This document shows positions 1 to 11,429 of a stretch of 64,000 nucleotides of DNA, in pieces (position 1 is the stretch's first letter; each line of letters starts with the position of its first letter). Source of the DNA: Laetmonice hystrix. Taxonomy: Eukaryota. The notes beneath the pieces were generated by a model. It was not told the DNA's origin, searched no databases, and saw only the letters and a list, made by a program, of their open reading frames with translations. The translations under genes and the position numbers were made by a program. The stretch lies in contig OZ249436.1 in assembly GCA_965235115.1 (NCBI GenBank), positions 32,552,001-32,616,000 on the forward strand, written 5' to 3'.

Positions 1-1695
1 AGTGTATGGTGGATCACCAGACGAAGTGCCCATTTATCTCCACCTAGATCATGCTGATAGGGGAAAACCTAAGCCTCGACCGTTGCCATATAGAGCCACT
101 CCTGCTTCAACTACCACTTCATCTGAGCAACAGACAGATAATATAGTATCTGGTAGGTAATGTTAATACAGAAGTAAAGTTTTGTAGTCATTTTAACATA
201 TTCTCATCTAAAGTTGTATATCAGTATTTCTTGTGATTTAGTGGAGCTTCAACAGGAACATTGTTCACTTTTATCAGATACATGTATCTTCATTTTGAAA
301 GATTTGGACTCAAGAATTTTTATCTATTTTTGGAGAAACAAGTGAAAACTAAAATCAAGGATGTTCAATGTCATCCATTTTAGAAAATGTGTACATTGCA
401 AATTATTTTGTTTATACATACAGAGATCTATATTTCACATTTTCTGTTTATCATTATATGGATGCTGTAAATATGCGGTCTATTATAGTGATGAGTGTCC
501 ATGAATCCATGGGAGCATCAGCTTAGTTTAATGTAAAAAAAAATCCAAGCACATACTAAAAATATTTGTTGTTTTCTTTTCAGTTGAGCATCTGGAACCT
601 GAGCTGTCAACACCATCTGTAGAGCAATCCACTGTGAGCTCCAAAGCCATCCAAGTCAACATTATAGGTGCCAAATTGCCATTGACCAAAGATGCATCTT
701 GTCAAGCCAATCTGCCTGCTTTAGGTGTACATGTACATGTGATTCGTGATAACGATGCTAAAACAAGATTTTATACTGGTTTCAAAAACTGGGGCACATT
801 CTGGTTAATGTTCTGTACACTTCTGTCTCATCATGGTGCTGACCGCCTTAAATATTGGGATGGTGAAAAAAGATCTCTTGGTGACCCAGTGAACAGAAAG
901 TATACAAATCCCACAATAAAGAAACCGGGAAAACGCAGGACTCTAGCATTGGAAGATGAATTCTTCCTCGTATGGCTTCGTCTTAGACACGACATCCGTC
1001 AAGTAATGCTTGCAGATTTATTTGGTATTTCTCAGAGCAGTGTTAGCCGGATTCTCATTACATGGGTGAATTATCTGTATGATCATTTAAAAGGTCTTAT
1101 AGCTTGGCCAACCCGGGAGCAGATCTTAACAAATCTTCCTCGTCATTTCTCTGCTCGTGTGATGGTGCGCACTATACTGGACGCCACAGAAATATTTTGT
1201 GAGAAACCTTCCAGTCTCGAATCTCAGCAGCTTACGTGGTCCGAATACAAATCTCACAATACTATGAAAATAGTGATTGGAGTCACTCCAAATGGCATGG
1301 TTAAATTTGTTTCTAGGTTGTGGGGCGGGAGAGCTTCTGATAGGCACATCACCGAGTTAGATGGAAATGACCCAGGTATTGGATTTATTCCACGTTTGTC
1401 CCCTGATGATGTTGTAATGGCAGATAAGGGGTTCACCATAGGCGATCTCCTTCCTTATTATGCAGGACTTAACATTCCTCCATTTGTCTCCACACAAAAA
1501 CAGATGACCGGAGAAGAGTTTTTTAAAACACAAGAAATTGCTTCAGCTAGAATTGTTGTGGAGATGAAAATGGAGCAAATAAAGAACTATCGAATTTTGA
1601 GTTCTACATACGAGCTCTCAGAAGCGGCGATTGCAGAGCAGATTGTACTTATTTGTACTGCATGTACAAACTTATTAGATCCACTCCTTGTATAA
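1..1695 (+). CDS. PIF/Harbinger-superfamily (ISL2EU-type) DDE transposase, 5' truncated by window edge; exons <1-152 and 584-1695
   Basis: ORF 634-1695 has an HTH_Tnp_4-like segment (LEDEFFLVWLRLR...LADLFGISQSSVSRI) and DDE_Tnp_4 motifs ILDATE / YKSHNTMK / MADKGF / RIVVE. The GT-AG intron 153-583 joins in phase 1 to an open upstream frame (...DEVPIYL...KPKPRPLPYR), which resembles the end of a THAP domain. Confidence 0.9.
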
Positions 1696-1794
1696 AATCA
1701 TCTGAAATGCCTGTAGCCTGTGTAATACTACTAATAATCTCTTTGTAATCTGTAAATGCTTAAAGTTTCACGGGGTTTCCTTACACAAATTACA

Positions 1795-2158
1795 TTAAGC
1801 GAACACCGAGATTACCCGGTAGATGTACTATTTATTAGATTTCTCCATTTATTTTTAGATAGTTTCCACCCCCCCCCCCCGGGATTTTTAAGTTACTGAG
1901 TTTCGTCTTCACTATTCTAGTTCTTGTTCCAATTCTTTTTCTGCTTCTTCTTGTAATTATTCCTGTAGATAGACTATCGTTTTGTCATGTTCATTTCTGA
2001 GGGCATCGTGATGAAACTGAGTAAATATTGATCATGGACTAAACTGATCAGATGACGTCATGTCACGTAATATCACTGCCTTATGACATGTTAGATGTTT
2101 CTCAGAGGAGGGCTCATTTAGATATCTGTATTGCTTTGCAATAAGAGTTTCTCTAGTT
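1795..2158 (+). mobile_element. Helitron/HINE-like short repeat fragment
   Basis: Ends in a short hairpin TATTGC-TTT-GCAATA followed by CTAGTT. Internal TGACGTCA/TCACGT motifs resemble those of the element at 34022-35513. Confidence 0.35.
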
Positions 2159-2491
2159 ATTAATTACATGTATGATTATTAATATTTATAATTATTTATT
2201 ATGCATTATTATGTACATTGTATTACATATGTTTCATTGTTATTGTTGTACCTGGTTTATTTTACTCTCTATCATAAACCCATACATATAACTGAATGTA
2301 ATTGTTATTAATAAAGACAAGATAAATACAGATTAACAAAAGTATACATGTACTAGTACATTCAAAGAATGTTTATTAATAAATGTACTTGAATAATGGG
2401 TGCGACCTCCAGAAATTGTTCATTATATCCATTGTTCGTTGTAGCCAGGAAAACTTTGAACTGCGACTGTATCACTTTAATCTGAAGTTTG

Positions 2492-4695
2492 TTAGGCATA
2501 CAGCTTTTTCCGACGACATATTCTGTGAGACATGATTTCTGCCACCAAATGCCTGTAAAATTCAGTCAGCTTTGATGACATGGAAGACCACAAACTACAA
2601 TCTAATGTTAAACGCTGCACTGAAATTCCTTTTCTTGTGTACACGATGAAATCACAGTATGCAGCTCCAGTAAGTGCCAACTGACCCATTATCTGGTAAT
2701 AATAGCCGTGGTTGGGCTTTAGTGTGACATCACCAGTATGAGAATCAACCTCACAGCAGAAAGAACCACTTTTACAACAGTCCACAACAGACATATTTCT
2801 CCACAAACAGGTCTTCCGGCCATAGGGACACTTGATCTCGATGATACCTTTTCCACATGTTGGGCAGTCCACCTCTCCATCAACACTGGTTCCTAGGTAT
2901 GGGTAATCTGGGTTCAAATGTAACCCTACTTCCTGGACAGTGACACAAGCTTGGCACTTTCGTTGATGGTGCTCTGCATAAATCCTCCTGCAAAATTTAA
3001 AGAACGTAGATGTTTACTTCAAAAAAAATATACTTTCAGAAATAATTGTAAGAATCTCAGGCCTCCCAGCCCATTCAAAGAAAAATATAGACTATAAAAA
3101 TAGGCCATCGTCACAAAATATAGGTTTTACAGGGTTCAGTGGGAGGCCTGAAATTTGTCTGCACACTCTGACTCAATCTTTACTTTAAATTATATTAATA
3201 TTATGGAAAATGTTTTTATCTTGGACAAGCTGACATTACATCCGGACAAGTAACAGGTGTAGCCCTGCCTGCCAGACAAGTCCCATTTTTCAATGTCCAT
3301 CAAATTCATGTGATGTGGTCAACTAGGTCTACTGCCCAGACAAGTAGAAGTGATTGTCTGGTTGTGCTTGGGGACTAGTAGAGATTTTGGGATTTGGGCC
3401 CCCTGATTATAAAAATGATTTTTCTTGGAAATTTACCTTGCTCTAGATTCATTCCTGCGACCATAGATGATGGCCTTGATTCCCTCGGGTGGAGTAGTGT
3501 AACCTCGCTGGAGTTTCACCAAACTGTCGGGAGCAGTGGCAGGTTTCCTTTTATACACTGCCCCAAAATTAGAAGATGTAATGAGCACAGCTCTAGCAAG
3601 GCACCAATTATTATTGTTGTGTTGACCTGTGGTCGCAGTTTTCAATTTGGAGCACATCTCCTCTGTAATTGATGCATACAGCCCAGTTACAAAAGCGCTT
3701 ATCTGATGTTGAACATCAGAATCTAGTAGATCAGTTTTGTCATGGAAACAAAAGTCAACTTCATAGCTCTTCAAAAAATCACTGATGTCTTCTTTTTTGG
3801 AGCACAAAGTAGAGTAAAGAACACACCCAGGATTGACATTGCCAAGTCCCTTCAACAAGTCACTCAGAAATGCACTAGCGTCTGCACAAGGTCCAGCTTG
3901 GTATACATCAGGATAAGGTTTAATGGGTTGCAAGTCACTTGGGTTTTGATGTTCTGTGTTGAGAAAAGAGATGTCTTCCCAACGCTTTGGTTGTAGAGGT
4001 GATTTCATTGACGGTCTGTTCCATTCACAAGCACTTGACGTACGAGAGGGAGTGGAGATTTTAACAAGCACCAGAAGACTAGCACCGACATGAGCACACA
4101 GACCTGCAGCTCCTGCTTTACAGTCACAGTCACAGTTGACAATATAGCCGGGCCGATATATTGTTATATACTGGGTGTACTGCTGAACTGTCTCCCCCTT
4201 CACTTTTACATTTTGTCTCATTGAAGGTCTACATTTTGACCGAAGATACAGCAAATTACTATTCTGAGAAACGGTATGATACACTATCAATCCAACATGC
4301 TTTTCATTTGCAAGTTTTTTTGCTTTGGAAAGCTGGCGCTGAAAATTTCCAAATTTTCCAGAGTTAGGATTCTTATGGTGTTTGAAGTAAATCTCCACAT
4401 CCTTTTCACTAAGTGATAATGTTGTATCTGTAACATTCTCCCAGCCAGTCAACAAAGACTTGGGTGCTGGATATTCAGTTTCAGGTTTAAGACTACAGTC
4501 ACTGTCTGTTGAATCATACTCATAGTCACTGCTATTTTCATTATGCATAGTTCGCATTATCCTTGCAGCTAAAACTTCTTTGGTCCCACTCTTTGGCTTT
4601 TTCCTTTTGGCCAGCCAATCCGCCATTGACTGCTTGCTCCATTTTAATAGATCCTCATGCGATAAGCTGGTATTTTCCACATCTGATTCATCCAT
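2492..4695 (-). CDS. SAP + SWIM zinc finger + YqaJ (lambda-exonuclease-like) protein, second gene of an ISL2EU-type transposon; exons 4695-3437 and 2987-2492, ~584 aa
   Basis: ORFs 3433-4776 and 2492-2917 are joined in frame by a GT-AG intron 3436-2988 (...YGRRNESRAR|RIYAEHH...VGLHLNPDYPYLGTSVDG...IEIKCPY...YYYQIMGQL...CDF). SAP-like MADWLAKRKKPKSGTKEVLAARI, SWIM CDCKAGAAGLCAHV, and YqaJ ITSSNFG motif are present. Confidence 0.88.
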
Positions 4696-5154
4696 ATTTA
4701 CCTGGTGGGCCCTGCCTTGGCCTAGGCCTATCTGAAATGGATAATGATATTCACTTTCAGTACTAGGCCGTAACACAATTTTTCAAGGCCTGTTATTGTT
4801 AAGCATCTGTTAAAATTTAGGGCATCTTGACTTAAGGTTTGGTAAGAAAGTGTTAAAACCCCGCATGCAAAACATCTATGATCTTCATCTATTCTAGACC
4901 TAACATTCAGCCTTGTATAATTGTAGTCTAATTTAATTAAATTCAGATCTAGATTTCTAAAAAGCCAGGCTAATCACTTCCGTCAGTACAGTGGCACTTC
5001 TTTTTCTTTCTTTTGAAAATGTTTTTAAAGACTATTTCAATTCTTTCGGCACCTGCAAGTTGCCTCTTCATCAGGAATATGGTGCATTAAATTTACAGAT
5101 TGCATCAAAATCGGGGTTTGAAATAATGTGAACTAATGTCTACCAATGATCCAA

Positions 5155-5187
5155 TCTACCACTACTCCTACTACTACTACTACTACC

Positions 5188-5231
<44 letters not shown>

Positions 5232-5254
5232 TACTACTACTACTACTAGTACAG

Positions 5255-5329
<75 letters not shown>

Positions 5330-5350
5330 AGTACTACTACTACTACTACT
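5155..5350 (+). repeat. (ACT)n/(ACC)n trinucleotide microsatellite
   Basis: Directly visible run of actactact interrupted by accacc. Confidence 0.97.
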
Positions 5351-6871
5351 GTAACTAGGTAGTAGTAAGTACGCCTAGGCCCTAGCCGTAACTCAGACTC
5401 AGTAACGTTAGAGACAGTAGAGTTAAGTAGAGTCTCAGAGACCATGTTTTTCAAGGGAATCAAGCTTTTTTTTTTGTCAAGTCACTGAACAGAGGTGAAC
5501 ATTGGTCAGGCCTAATTAAACATTACAATATTAGTATACAATGCATTTCGAAGTTGGTAGGCATAATCGGCTAATAGTGTTACAATCATCATATTGGTTA
5601 TACCAAGTTCAACCAAGGTTATGACATGAGTAAGCCACGCGTGTGTCAACACACAAAAGCATACTGTGTGCAGTGTGCTGTACCGTCTGTAGCATGGTAG
5701 ACAGTGTAGACTAGACTAGTTCGCGGATCTCACTAGTCTCAGCCTCTGGCTCTCAACTGAAACGTTGCTCTCGGTCTCATGCATTTTATTCTAGCCTAGA
5801 TCTAGCCTATAAGTAGTAACAGTTCAGTCGGTTATGAGAAGTACCGGTAAATACCTACCTAGTAAGTGTTGTCAGGGCGAGTGCCGAGTCTGTGTTCCCC
5901 ACGCAGCCGGCATGGACTCACGTCACGAGTAAACCGGAACTGTCCAGGACGAATTGTCACGCATGCGCAGTAAACGCGATACGATTGCGGGTAGCGGGAA
6001 TTGGTCCACCCCTCATTTGCATAAATCCAATATGGCCGCCATCTTACCCATGGCGATTCACTTTTGGCATTATCTCCACCCGTAAATTGTCTTTTTTCAT
6101 TATTTAATTTTTTCTAGGAGGTTCTGGGACAAGGTACAAGAAAAAAGAGAGTGATTGGTCGCGCCCTCATTTGCATAACTTAAATATGGCCGCCATCTTA
6201 ACACGAATTTGAGCTATTCTGGCTATATCTCAACGTCAAAATGGAATTTTACTCCTTATAAAGTACTGTTCAGGAGATAAATGACGTACACAATCTTTTT
6301 GCAGTGACACATATTCTTATTGGTCCACCCCTCATTTGCATAAATCCAATATGGCCGCCATCTTACCCATTGTAAGTCACTTTTGGCATTATCTCCAACT
6401 GTAAATTGACTTTTTTTCATTATGTAAATTATTTTTAGGAGGTTCTGGGAATCGGTTCCTAGAAGAAGAAGAGTGATTGGCTCGCTCCCTCATTTGCATA
6501 AATTAAATATAGCGCCATGTTAGCCAGAACTCGAGCTATTCTGGCTATATCTTCACGTCAAAATGAGTTTTACTCATTAAAAAAGCTCATTTGCAATATG
6601 TAGTCTATTTCTTGTGGCAAGAAAGTGAAGTGGTAAGCAATCTCTGTTGATATTGTTGCCCGTGAGGGCTCCCTACATGTTTTGACTGAGCTTAGACTGA
6701 AACAAACACTACAGTGAGGGCTCCCAACATGTACTGCCTGGCCTCATACTCGAGCACACACTACAGTGAGGGCTCACCACATCCACTGACTGATCTTATA
6801 CTCGAGCAAACACTACAGGGACGGTTCCCTCCATGTAATGACTGGCCATTGGCTGCAGCAAACCATACAGT

Positions 6872-8848
6872 CACTGTGACGACACCTACCAGCGTAACTC
6901 GAGTTACCTAGGTTCAACATGGCGGACGTTAATTTCAGCCCATTTTCTCCCTCACGATTGCTTCTCTATTAGCGCATTATATATCTAAATATTTGGTTTG
7001 GGAAGAGTTTATAAACGGTTCATTATGTGTATGGGGTTCCTTCCATGTAATCTTAGTTGCTGAAGGAGAAATCGCGTACTGTTTTGGGGCTAGTACCTGC
7101 GTAACTCATTCTGCGGTACCTGCGTAACTCTAACCCAGTTTTGGGCGGTTACCAGCGTAACTCGGCAAAGTCTATAAATTATAATTATTCATAGTCCATT
7201 ACGATGTACGTCTATGTATTGAAATTAGGTTGCAATTACTACAAAGCGCATGTGTTGAAATGTGGCTGCAGAGTACTATATTTTTTTATTAATGAATGTT
7301 CAAATTTGTTGGGAAAGTACCGGTACATACCGATCCAGTGCATTTATATCATAATGAGAAACAAACAAAGAACAAACGGGAATTCCGAATGTTAACATTT
7401 TAAATTGTAACATTAACCCAGTATGAAGTTATGACAGTGGACTGTAATTTTCATTACTTTCATCTAGGAAGAGGGGCGAGACATGTGAGAGGGAGGATCT
7501 TACCTTACAGTACTAGTACATAGTTTGCCTATGAGATACCACATAAAATAATATTACGGTGGGAGGGGCATGGCAATTAGTCCATGATAAAATTAATGAC
7601 TAATGAGGCATTAATGTCCTCTGATAAACCCCACAGTTTGTCAGTATGGTGCTAGAACCAATATAACAGGACCTGGCAAAAGAACATCTTCAACCTCAAC
7701 AAATAATTTCACTTATACAAGACTTACCCTCTACATTGAATGACTGAAATTTAATTAGCATTATAAATACCGGTACATGATAACAATACAGGAACCTGAG
7801 CTGGAACTCCACTTGGAATGATTAACACAATATGTTAAATGTCCATTTTTAGACAAAATATAAACTGTAGAGCTGCATTGACTAGCACTGGTAATATGGA
7901 TAATATCATTATGAATAAATATACACTACAGGCCCGTAGTCAGCCTTCCAGTTGGGGGGGGGGGGGGGGGGTCTGGACTTTGATGGGCGGATCAAGGTAT
8001 GGTTGGGCAGTCTAGGACAGGGCCGTAGCTAGAAATTTCTGAGTTGGGGGGGGGGCAGTCATGGGTGGATCCAGGAGAAGGCGAAGGCTCCAAGACATGA
8101 GCGGGGGGTCTGGGGGCCCTCCCCCAGAAAAAATTGGAAATTACAGGGCCAAATACGCGTTTTCCTGGCATCTGGGAAATAAATCCAAGGTTTTCCAGAG
8201 CCTATCCAGCACTAAAGGGTGCAACAAAATCTTAGGGATGGGCAACTGGGGAGGGGTCGTCCGACCCCCCCGACCCCCCCTGGCTACGGGCCTGCACTAA
8301 CTAGCTCTTCCTCGATGATGCCCGTCAACAAGGTGGCCGCTTCTTTAACTTCTGAAGTGTCTATCTCGGCATAAAAAATGTCCATGATTATTATAATGCT
8401 TCAAAACATGTCTATGGATCAGTTTGTGCTGGGCACACCCGTCAAAAGTATGGATAGGACAAAAATAAGGGTCCTTATGAACACTCCTGGGTGTAGGCCC
8501 CCTAATTGTCTCCTTGCATCATATTATCTGGGTGTGCACCTTAGTGCATAAACAGAGAGTTACGCAGGTACAAGCCTTCGAGTTACGTTGGTTTGTCTGT
8601 TTCCCTGAGATAGAGTTACGCAGGTACTCGCCCCAAAACAGTACGCGATTTCTCCTTCAGCAACTAAGATTACATGGAAGGAACCCCATACACATAATGA
8701 ACCGTTCATAAACTCTTCCCAAACCAAATATTTAGATATATAATGCGCTAATAGAGAAGCAATCGTGAGGGAGAAAATGGGCTGAAATTAACGTCCGCCA
8801 TGTTGAACCTAGGTAACTCGAGTTACGCTGGTAGGTGTCGTCACAGTG
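6872..8848. mobile_element. Non-autonomous Transib-like DNA transposon (CACTGTG...CACAGTG termini, 236-bp TIRs, 5-bp TSD ACAGT)
   Basis: TIRs 6872-7107 and 8613-8848 differ at 2 positions by my reading. ACAGT flanks both ends (6867-6871, 8849-8853). The paralogous uninterrupted repeat unit at ~9500-9540 has a single ACAGT. Confidence 0.85.
7929..8294. mobile_element. G-tract MITE (hAT-like CAG termini) nested in the Transib-like element
   Basis: TIR CAGGCCCGTAG[T/C]CAG, 14/15 match; flanked by direct repeat CACTA (7924-7928, 8295-8299). Confidence 0.75.
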
Positions 8849-11429
8849 ACAGTGAGGGTTCACTACATGTAGTGAGCGGCGTCATACTCGAGCAAACACT
8901 ACAGTGAGGGCCCCCAACATGGACTGTCTGGCCTTATACTCGAGCAAACACTACAGTGAGGGCTCTGTACATAGATTGACTGAGCTTAGACCGAAGCAAA
9001 CACTACAGTGAGGGCTCTCTACATGTATTGGCTGGCCTTAGACTGGAGCAAACAGTACAGTGAGAGTTCCCAGCATGTACCGTCTGGCCTTACACTCGAG
9101 CAAACAGTACAGTGAGGGCTCTGTACATGGATTGACTGAGCTTAGACTGAAGCAAACACTACATGTGCAGTGAGGGCTCTCTACATGTATTGGCTGGTCT
9201 TAGACTGGAGCAAACACTACACTGATTGCTCCCTACATGTATTGACTGCGCTTGGGCTGGAGCAAACACTACCGTGAGAGCTCCCTCCATATAAAGACTG
9301 GCTTAGCGCTGGGGGAAACAGTACAGTGAGGGCTCCCTACATGTTTTGACTGAGGTTAGACTGAAGCAAACACTAAAGTGAGGGCACCTTATACTCGAGC
9401 AAACACTACAATAACGGGTCACAACATGTACTGACTGGCCTTATACTCGAGCAAACACTACAGGGAGGGTTCCCTCCATGTAATGACTGGCCATGGGCTG
9501 CAGCAAACCGTACAGTGAGGGTTCACTACATGTAGTGAGTGGCGTCATACTCGAACAAACACTACAGTGTGGGCTCCCAACATGGACCGTCTGGCTTTAT
9601 ACTCGAGCAAACACTACAGTGAAAGGTCACCACATCGACTGACTGGCCTTATACTCTAGCAAATACTAGAGTGAGGGTTCTCTACATGTATTGGCTGGCC
9701 TTAGACTGGAGCAAACACTACAGTGAGGGCTCCCTACATGTATTGACTGCCCTAGGCCTGGAGCAAACACTACAGTGAGGGCTCCCAACATGTACCGTCT
9801 GGCCTTATACTCGTACAAACACTACAGTGAGGGGTCACCACATGTACTGACTGGCCTTATACTCGAGCAAAGACTAACAGTGAGCGCAAAAGGCCAAACA
9901 CTGTAGTGTTTGCTCGAGTATAAGGCCAGTCAATACATGTAGGGAGTCCTCACTGTAGCGTTTGCTCCAGCCCAAGCGCAGTCAATACATGTAGGGAGCC
10001 ATCACTCTAGTGTTTGCTCCTGTCTAAACTCAGTCAATCCATGTAGAGTAGTGTTTGCTCGAGTATGACGCCACTCAATACATGTAGGGGGTGTTCACTG
10101 TACTGCTTGCTCCAGCCGAAGGGCAGTCAATACATAGAGGCAGCCCTCACTGTAGTGTTTGCTCCAGCCCAAGGGCAGTCATTACCTGTGGGGAGCCCTC
10201 ACTCTAGTGTTTGTTTCAGTCTAAGTTCAGTCAAAACATGTAGGCTAAGGGAGCCCTCATTGGTAACAATATCAACATAGATTGCTTGCCACTTCACTTT
10301 CTTGCCACAAGAAATAGACTACATATTGCAAATGGGCTTTTTTAAAGAGTAAACTCACTGAAGATTTAGCCAGAATAGCCAGAGTTCTGGCCAACATAGC
10401 GGCTATATTTAATTTATGCAAATGAGGGAGCGAGCCAATCACTCTTTTTCTTCTAGTAACCGATTCCCAGAACCTCCTAAAAAATAATTTACATAATGAA
10501 AAAAGTCAATTTACAGTTGGAGATAATGCCAAAAGTGAATCGCCATGGGTAAGATGGCGGCCATATTGGATTTATGCAAATGAGGGGTGGACCAATTAGA
10601 ATATGTATCACTGCAAAAAGATTGTGTACGTCATTTATCCCCTAAACAGTACTTTATAAAGAGTAAAATTCCATTTTGACGTTGCGATATAGCCAGAATA
10701 GCTCAAATTCGTGTTAAGATGGCGGCCATATTTAATTTATGCAAACGAGGGCGCGGCCAATCATTCTTTTTTTTTCTTGTGACCGATTCCTCTGTCCCAG
10801 AACCTCCTAAGAAAAAAATTATACACTGAAAAATGTCAATTTACGGGTGGAGATAATGCCAAAAGTGAATCGCCATGGGTAAGCTAGATTTCAGATGGTT
10901 GCTGGCGGCCATCTTGGATTTGAGGGTGAAAATGGCCGCCAAATGTCAAAATAACCCTGCAGATGGATTTCTGACCCCCAAATTAGTTGAAATCCACCTA
11001 TCACACGTATTTCTAAGTGAATTGGTTCAAAAGTTAGAAATCGACTTCCGTCGGGTGCTAATTAGCATAATTTATTCAAATTAGGGGCCTCTATGCATAG
11101 AGACAACTTGTCTCTTTGGATATTTTTTTTCCTTTTGCCCTAAGGACCAATCATGCCAAGTTAGACATTTGCACTATAAAATGCAGTGTTCACCCCTTTT
11201 TGAGCTCTTAGCATGTCTACTATATGCTACAGTCAGTAGACTAGTACGGAATGATAACATTGATTAGGCCATCGGCCGACCATCGCACTAGTTGCAGCCT
11301 CGAAGGACTGCAGGCGGTGGTTTGTTGCCGTAGAAGAGAGCTCCTTCAGTGAGATGGACATGCCCGGCCGTCGACTGTCTGCTGCAGCTGTCTGCTGATG
11401 GCTGAGCTTTTCCCCCGCGTCTTCTCCTT

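Larger units (their letters stand above)
1..5999. mobile_element. ISL2EU-like DNA transposon (transposase + YqaJ genes, convergent); termini not identified
   Basis: Pairing of a Harbinger-type transposase with a YqaJ nuclease is the ISL2EU gene content. The left end is outside the window; the right end abuts the foldback element at ~6000 without a recognisable TIR. Confidence 0.7.
6661..10260. repeat. 52-bp minisatellite (consensus ~CAGTGAGGGCTCCCTACATGTATTGACTGGCCTTATACTCGAGCAAACACTA), interrupted by the insertion at 6872-8848 and inverted at ~9890
   Basis: About 4 units at 6661-6871 and about 20 units at 8849-9882 in forward orientation; about 7 units at 9899-10260 reversed. Confidence 0.93.
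6000..11222. mobile_element. Non-autonomous foldback DNA element with long inverted arms; Academ-like right terminus
   Basis: About 6043-6715 is the reverse complement of about 10200-10883. The minisatellite switches orientation at 9883-9898. The right end reads ...GCATGTCTACTA (5'-TAGTAGAC on the minus strand); TAG termini are typical of Academ. The left end appears truncated. Confidence 0.7.

Noticed and set aside
5146..5358. Poly-Thr/poly-Leu ORF
   Set aside because: Translation of the (ACT)n microsatellite.
6872..8848. Genuine V(D)J RSS pair or ProtoRAG element
   Set aside because: No ACAAAAACC-like nonamer, no 12/23-type asymmetry, and no RAG1/RAG2 ORF inside. Only the heptamer-like ends and 5-bp TSD are shared.
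8849..10260. CRISPR-like array (constant core alternating with variable segments)
   Set aside because: The variable parts are homologous variants of one another rather than unique spacers; eukaryotic context with no cas genes. It is a minisatellite.
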